From: Thermoanaerobaculia bacterium
Lineage (GTDB): Bacteria > Acidobacteriota > Thermoanaerobaculia > UBA5066 > Gp7-AA6
Direction of reading: 5' to 3'
Assembly (NCBI GenBank): GCA_041483715.1
Contig: JBGPGG010000004.1
Location: 1 to 54,067 of the forward strand
DNA length: 54,067 nucleotides
The notes beneath the pieces are model-generated. The model searched no databases, was not told where the DNA came from, and was given only the letters and a program-made list of their open reading frames with translations. Made by a program: the position numbers and the translations under genes. Position 1 is the first letter of the stretch. Every line of letters begins with the position of its first letter. Below are positions 48,606-54,067 of this stretch, in pieces.

Positions 48606-48887
48606 CTAGGGCTCGTGAAAATGAAGGATGTCCTCGATGTCCTTCATCGTGAACGTGTTCAGCTGCACGACCTTCGCCTGCGCGCGGAATGCCGGTGGGA
48701 CAATGCCCCGGGCCTCATCCTTGCTATCGACCTCCACCACTATCCACGCCTTATGCACCCCGTCCTTGCATCCCCAGTCTGCAGTGCTCAAGAAATGGGA
48801 CCCGGTCTTGAGGAAGACCTCGACGACCCGAGCACAGGCCACCGTCGTCTCTTCGTGCGGAACCTCAATGAGGAATCTTGCCGTCAC
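48606..48887 (-). CDS. Small hypothetical protein (ferredoxin-like fold suspected)
   Basis: AGGAG RBS, GTG start; RFLIEVPH...WGCKDGVHKAWIVVEV. Confidence 0.7.
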   Translation of the reverse strand: MTARFLIEVPHEETTVACARVVEVFLKTGSHFLSTADWGCKDGVHKAWIVVEVDSKDEARGIVPPAFRAQAKVVQLNTFTMKDIEDILHFHEP

Positions 48888-49142
48888 TCGCGATCTCCTC
48901 TCTGTTGGAGCCACGTCGCCGCCTTATTGTAGTTTCGGCCGCCTAACGGGCGGCGCATCAGCGGCGAGCGTGTGTGAGGGCGGAGACGCCGAGCGCCACG
49001 GAGACAGCTTCCAAAGGCTTTCTAACATCGGGCGATCCCGCGAGAGCGGTGTCCCCGCTCGAATCATACGCCCGCCCCGGTAGGCTTCCTGACCGCCCGA
49101 TTTCTGGCCGCTATAGTATCCAGCCCCCAAAGGAGGATCTCT

Positions 49143-49538
49143 TTGAAACGAAAGAAGCGGAAGCCCCTGAACCTCACCGCCGAACACGCCGCCCACGCCA
49201 TCGGCATGCTCGTCAGCGAGGGCCGAATCACAGAGCGGGACGTGGTGAACGCCCTGCACCGACGCGAGAAACTGATGGAGGAACTCCGCGAGAGACTCGC
49301 CGCTCTCGAAAGCGGAGCGATGGCGATGGGTGGCAGCAAGCGGAAGGCGAGAGGGAGACAGCGACCGAGGGCGAAGCTCAAGCTGTCAGCCGCCCGTCGC
49401 GCTGCCCTGAAGCTGCACGGGAAGTACCTCGGGACGGTTAGACCGCTCTCGAAGGCCAACCGGGTCAAGGTGAAGGCGATTCGAGAGAAGTCGGGCGTTC
49501 GGGCGGCTATCGCGGCGGCGAGGAAGATTGCGAAGTAG
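49143..49538 (+). CDS. Small highly basic protein, putative nucleoid-associated/DNA-binding
   Basis: AAAGGAGG RBS, TTG start, 131 aa, coiled-coil segment and K/R-rich linker. Confidence 0.75.
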   Translation: MKRKKRKPLNLTAEHAAHAIGMLVSEGRITERDVVNALHRREKLMEELRERLAALESGAMAMGGSKRKARGRQRPRAKLKLSAARRAALKLHGKYLGTVRPLSKANRVKVKAIREKSGVRAAIAAARKIAK

Positions 49539-49654
49539 CCCGCTCGCCGCTGACGCCCCGCCAAGAGGAGCAGAATATGGAGCGGTCATCACAGAGACAA
49601 ACCGCGAAACCAAGCAAAGAGCAAGGAGCTTGCGCGAAAGTATGTTGAGAAAGC

Positions 49655-49712
49655 TTCGCGTCGCCGATTCTCGCCTCCCGTAGGCGCCAGATCGCCCCAC
49701 TTTCGCCCGACC
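49655..49712 (-). repeat. Orphan right arm of the att-like element (no tRNA core)
   Basis: GATTCTCGCCTCCCGTAGGCGCCAGATCGCCCCACTTTCGCCCGACC aligns with the ends of copies 1 and 3. Confidence 0.78.
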
Positions 49713-49763
49713 GACGGGCGCAGGGGATACAAGCTGCACTCGGGTACTAGAACGAGGGACCCC

Positions 49764-50534
49764 TCAAGAAAGGCGACCCCGCACGAGGCCAGCGAACTGC
49801 CGAAGCTCGGTCACGTTGAGGTCCGAGATCGCCCAGAAGTTGGTTTGGCCGCGAGTCCAGAAGAGAAGGTTGTAGCCCTGGCGGGCGTCTGCTCCCTCCG
49901 CGAGCTCGCGCGTCGACGCGGACGGCCAGACGAAGAGATTGATGAAGTGTCCCCCCCTGCGATACACGAGCGCCGCGACCGGTCGATCCGAGGCATAGTC
50001 AAGCCGCCCGCCAACGAGCAGGAAACCTTCGGCGCTCAGATCGGCGACGGGTGGGGAGAAGTCCAGCTTGCCCGCGAACCACGGCTTCACCGTGTGGTTC
50101 TCGGAGGATGGCACGTCGGTTAGGTGGCCCGGCATCAGCGACCGGATGTGCGCCGAGACGACGTCCTGCGCGATTCGCTCCGTCCGCGGGGGGCGCGAGA
50201 GCATAGGCGAAAAGAACACCGCGAGGGCGACGACCGCTGCGGCCGCAATGGCGGCGCCGATCCAGGCAGGCATCCGCAGACGCGGCAGCCACGTCTTTTG
50301 TTCCGCGGGCCGCGCGGCCATGCGAACCTTCCGTTCGAGATGCGCCGGCGCCCGGAAGTACAGCTCGTCGGACTTCAGCGCCGAGCCCAACGCCAGCTGC
50401 GCCTGATGAGTCCGCGAACAGGCGCCGCACGCGCGCAGATGGTCCTCGATCTCCACCTGACGGACGAGATCGAGCTCGCCGTCCAGGTAAGCGTGAAGGA
50501 ACGTTCGCAACTCGCTGCAGGTCACGCCGCTCAC
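49764..50534 (-). CDS. Zinc-finger (HxxxCxxC) transmembrane anti-sigma factor
   Basis: C...LHAYLDGEL, HLRACGAC, one TM helix, HTVKPWF.GKLDFSPPV; GTGA overlap with the sigma gene. Confidence 0.9.
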   Translation of the reverse strand: MSGVTCSELRTFLHAYLDGELDLVRQVEIEDHLRACGACSRTHQAQLALGSALKSDELYFRAPAHLERKVRMAARPAEQKTWLPRLRMPAWIGAAIAAAAVVALAVFFSPMLSRPPRTERIAQDVVSAHIRSLMPGHLTDVPSSENHTVKPWFAGKLDFSPPVADLSAEGFLLVGGRLDYASDRPVAALVYRRGGHFINLFVWPSASTRELAEGADARQGYNLLFWTRGQTNFWAISDLNVTELRQFAGLVRGRLS

Positions 50535-51061
50535 TTCCTCTCGAGACCGATGGCCAGCTGCTGCTGGAGCCCGGCGCGCGCGCGCGCGAGCCGCGACATC
50601 ACCGTGCCCATCTTGATACCCGCCACGTCCGCGATCTCCTTGTAGGACAACCCTTCGAGCTCTCGGAGGACCAGGACCTCGCGCCACGCCAGCGGCAGCG
50701 TTTCGAGCGCTTCGCGGAGCCGAAGCCGGCCGGATTGCTCGATCAGCAAATCCTCAGGGGTTGGGTTCGGATCGACGGCGCTGCTGTGGACCTCTTCGTC
50801 GAACGAGGCAGACGCTTCAGAGGGGCGGTTGCGCCGCAACCAGTCGTAGCAAGTGTTGCGCACGATCGCGAGCAGCCACGCGCGCGCGTTGCCGCCGTGA
50901 AAGCCCCCAAAAAATCGCAGCGCCCGCAGAAAAGCCTCCTGCACAACGTCTTCGGCGTCGTGCCCGTTGCGAGTCAGCCAGCGCGCCAGGTTGTAAGCCG
51001 CATCCAGGTGCGGCAACACCACCTGATCGAACGCGCTGGACGGCTGCGGCTGGGTGTCCAC
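50531..51061 (-). CDS. ECF sigma-70 factor
   Basis: PHLDAAYNLARWL, DAEDVVQEA and GTVMSRLARAR motifs. Confidence 0.93.
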   Translation of the reverse strand: MDTQPQPSSAFDQVVLPHLDAAYNLARWLTRNGHDAEDVVQEAFLRALRFFGGFHGGNARAWLLAIVRNTCYDWLRRNRPSEASASFDEEVHSSAVDPNPTPEDLLIEQSGRLRLREALETLPLAWREVLVLRELEGLSYKEIADVAGIKMGTVMSRLARARAGLQQQLAIGLERK

Positions 51062-51093
51062 TCAAACCCCTAAAGGCCGGCCGCACTGGCAGA

Positions 51094-51167
51094 GACCGAC
51101 GCGGCCTTCCCTTTATTCCGGGGCAGGGTACCACGCGCCTCGGAATAGAAGCGGCCGCGCGAGAGTC
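51094..51167. promoter_or_regulatory. Back-to-back putative ECF promoters GGAATA-N17-GTC
   Basis: Minus strand GGAATA(51119-51114)-N17-GTC; plus strand GGAATA(51142-51147)-N17-GTC. Confidence 0.6.
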
Positions 51168-51226
51168 GAGAGAGTGACGGGCGATATCGCACGATGCGAA
51201 TCGCCAGATGGAAACAGGAGGAACGT

Positions 51227-51739
51227 ATGAAAAGGCTGATCAGCTGGTTTTTCTTTCCGACAGACTCCGCACCACGGTCTACGGTTCTGGTCCGGCTCAT
51301 GGCAGGGGGCGTCTTCTTCTGGGAGGGCATCCTCAAGTTCGTCTACACGAACCAGGGCGTCGGGCGGTTCACAAAGCTCGGCATTCCGTTTCCGGGACCG
51401 ACGGCCCACTTCGTGGCGATCCTCGAGATCGTCGGAGGCCTGCTCCTGATGGCCGGGTTCCTCACACGGGTCATCGCCATTCCGTTCGTCATCGAGATGA
51501 TCGTGGCGATTCTCTCGACGAAGATCTCTCTATATCTCGGAACGTCGCCTCTGCCTCTTCCGCCCGCACCGCCTCAGGTCGGCCCCTGGGCCGTGCTGCA
51601 CGAGATCCGTTCGGACTACGCCCAGATCATGAGCGTGCTGTTCCTGCTGATTGCTGGCCCCGGCCCTTGGTCCGTCGACGCCATCTTCGCTCGCGCCCGA
51701 GCGCGTCGCGCGACGGCCGGACACCCGGCACGCCCCTGA
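51227..51739 (+). CDS. DoxX-family membrane protein
   Basis: RLMAGGVFFWEGILKF, EIVGG and GPGPWSVD motifs; AGGAGG RBS. Confidence 0.88.
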   Translation: MKRLISWFFFPTDSAPRSTVLVRLMAGGVFFWEGILKFVYTNQGVGRFTKLGIPFPGPTAHFVAILEIVGGLLLMAGFLTRVIAIPFVIEMIVAILSTKISLYLGTSPLPLPPAPPQVGPWAVLHEIRSDYAQIMSVLFLLIAGPGPWSVDAIFARARARRATAGHPARP

Positions 51740-51866
51740 GGACGCGGCCGCTCATAGAGGACAATCGATCTTGGCAAAGAGATTGGCCGAGATGAGCGAA
51801 CGATTCCCGCCGCTTCTATTAATTCACGTCCATCCAGATCAGGGCCGGTTCTTCCGGCCCTTTTCC

Positions 51867-52088
<222 letters not shown>

Positions 52089-52189
52089 CCGGCCAATCAT
52101 CGGTGTAGTACCGGTGGGCAAACGAGAAGGGTGGCCGGCTCTCGGGTCTGGGCGCCGCTCTCGAATCACCCGATCATCGGATTCTTCCC

Positions 52190-53416
52190 TTACTTTGCTC
52201 GCGCGCGGACGGCGGCGCGGAACGCGCGGCGCCCCTCTTCGTCGGGGATGTTGTCGGCGAGCGCGGCGCCGAGTGCGACCAGGTTCGCAACGGACTTCGC
52301 GGCCCTCTTGACGAGCACGCGCGCGAGCGGACCGATGTGCCTGGCGAGCTCGACCTCGACGAAGTGCAGGTCCTCCTCCCGAAACGTCGGAGCGGGCGTG
52401 GGCATCGGCGGGGGCGTGGCGGGAGGCGGCGTCCGAGGTCGCGCCTCCGGGTGCGGCATGGCGGAAGTAAGGCCGGCGCCGGGCGGTGACGCAGTGCGGG
52501 CGCTCGAGGGCGTCTCCTCTCGGTCGGGAAGTTTCAAGGTCGCGATGCCGCTAGCGAAGGGCTCGTCCGGCTCCGGCACCTCGCCGATCTGGAGACGATA
52601 GAGGTCCCGGTCGAGCGCGTAAACGTTCGGGTAGCGCTCCTCGCGATCTTTGGCCATCATCTTGCGCAGCACCCGGCAGACTCCCTCGGAGAGGCCCGGC
52701 TCGTACATTCGCGGGTCGGGCAGCGGTTCCGTCAGGTGCATGGACATCACGAGCGCGCCCGACGTGCCCTTGTACGGAGCGTGCCTCGTGAGCAGTTGGA
52801 AGAAGGTCGCGCCGAGCGAGTAAATGTCCGCGCGCGCGTCGATGTCCTTCACGCCTCGGATCTGTTCGGGCGAGATGTACTCCGGGGTTCCTACGGCCTG
52901 CCCCGTCTGAGTCAAGCCCTGAGCCTCGCCCATGCGCTTGGCGATGCCCAGGTCCACGAGCTTCAGCCTATCCCCTTTGGTGGTGAGCATGAGGTTGTCC
53001 GGCTTGATGTCGCGGTGGACGATCCCTTCCGCGTGCGCGACCGCGAGCGCGGCCACGGTGTGGCGGATGAGTAGAAGCGCGTCGCGCTCGCGGAAGCGGT
53101 AGCGCCTCAGGAGCGTGCGCAGCGACTGACCGTCCACGTACTCCATCGCGAGGTAATAGGCGCCCTCCTCGCATCCGAAGTCGTAGATCTGGACGATGTT
53201 CGGATGGTTCAGACGCGCAGCCGCGCGCGCCTCCTTCAAGAACCGCTGCACGAACTCCTGGTCCGCCGAGAACTGCGGCGCGAGCGTTTTCAACGCGACG
53301 ATGCGCTCGAGCGTGAGGTTCTTCGCGCGATAGACCTTCCCCATCCCCCCGGAGCCCAGCTCCTCGAGGACCTCGTAGGCGCCGAACCGCCGCCCCGCGA
53401 GGCTCTGTTCCGTCAA
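52190..53416 (-). CDS. Hanks-type Ser/Thr protein kinase
   Basis: LGSGGMGKVY, VALK, HRDIKPDN, DLGIA and GTPEYISPEQ motifs; C-terminal LARHIGPLARVLV domain. Confidence 0.95.
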   Translation of the reverse strand: MTEQSLAGRRFGAYEVLEELGSGGMGKVYRAKNLTLERIVALKTLAPQFSADQEFVQRFLKEARAAARLNHPNIVQIYDFGCEEGAYYLAMEYVDGQSLRTLLRRYRFRERDALLLIRHTVAALAVAHAEGIVHRDIKPDNLMLTTKGDRLKLVDLGIAKRMGEAQGLTQTGQAVGTPEYISPEQIRGVKDIDARADIYSLGATFFQLLTRHAPYKGTSGALVMSMHLTEPLPDPRMYEPGLSEGVCRVLRKMMAKDREERYPNVYALDRDLYRLQIGEVPEPDEPFASGIATLKLPDREETPSSARTASPPGAGLTSAMPHPEARPRTPPPATPPPMPTPAPTFREEDLHFVEVELARHIGPLARVLVKRAAKSVANLVALGAALADNIPDEEGRRAFRAAVRARAK

Positions 53417-53439
53417 GCGCCGGCAGCCCTCGGCACCCT

Positions 53440-54066
53440 CTACTCCTCTTCGAGCATCTTGAGCGCCTTCACGAGGCTGATGCGCATGCGATTGAAGGAC
53501 CCCGCGAGCACAGCCACCTCGCCCCGACTGTTGAGTCGGACCTCGGGCACGTCGAGGTTGCCCGTCGAGACCTCATCGGCCATCCGCGAGAGCCGGCGGA
53601 TGGGGCGGATGATCGAGTACCACAGCAGCACGTTCAAGAGCACGAGGATGAACGCGAAGACCCCCACGAGCGAGGCGAGCATCGCTCGGTGAACCTGCGA
53701 CGCCATTTTGAGGGGCACCGCCATCGGTACGGACACGATCTGCGCCCCGATGATCTCGTTCAACTTCCAGCCGTAGCCGCCGGAGGTACCGTACCTCTTC
53801 ACGACGGAGGCGGGCGTCGTCTCGGGCGTGGTGTGGCAGGAGAGACAGCCCGGGTCGATGATCGTGATCGGTCGGGCCAGATAGAGCGCGCGCCCGAGGG
53901 GCGCGTCCCGCTCACCGATGAACTCCGTGAGCTTCAGGTCCGAGCGGAATGCGTTGACGACGTCCGCCTCCCAGTCCACCGTGCGGTCGCGCGGGTTGGT
54001 CGGGTTCAGCGTCGCCTCCTTGTACGTGTACTCGGGGTGCGTTTCCCGCAGCGTGTTGAAGATCTC
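53440..54066 (-). CDS. DUF3365 (Tll0287-like) c-type heme domain + TM + HAMP protein (5'-truncated by window edge)
   Basis: YKEATLNPTNPRDR, CLSCH heme motif, IIGAQIVSVP and a HAMP tail GEVAVLAGSFNRM. Confidence 0.85.
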   Translation of the reverse strand, partial: EIFNTLRETHPEYTYKEATLNPTNPRDRTVDWEADVVNAFRSDLKLTEFIGERDAPLGRALYLARPITIIDPGCLSCHTTPETTPASVVKRYGTSGGYGWKLNEIIGAQIVSVPMAVPLKMASQVHRAMLASLVGVFAFILVLLNVLLWYSIIRPIRRLSRMADEVSTGNLDVPEVRLNSRGEVAVLAGSFNRMRISLVKALKMLEEE

Positions 54067-54067
54067 C

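Overview
High-GC bacterial window. Gene remnants typical of Acidobacteria (an ADOP-type permease tail and 'LGPYEILSPLGA' kinase heads) suggest that phylum, but this is inference. Layout: (1) 1-5.1 kb, stress genes: LysR fragment, bacterioferritin-like, Fe/Mn SOD, DUF3309 and lmo0937-like micro-proteins, Asr-like protein. (2) 5.5-35.9 kb, a ~30-kb surface-polysaccharide locus: Wzy, Wzx, eight soluble glycosyltransferases, GT-C membrane proteins, AsnB, heparinase II/III-like, two bi-domain oxidoreductases, WecB, a WecA fusion and an epimerase. (3) An orphan PGM1-like ATP-grasp ligase. (4) 38-52 kb, accessory genes punctuated by three same-orientation ~220-bp elements plus one orphan arm. Each element holds the 3' half of tRNA-fMet starting exactly at the anticodon loop, a covarying terminator hairpin and TCGCCC(G/C/T)AC arm-like motifs at fixed spacing. 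No integrase is present. This looks like an array of integrase-free cassettes joined by attP-like sites and is the top finding. (5) A Ser/Thr kinase and a partial DUF3365-heme/HAMP gene at the right end.
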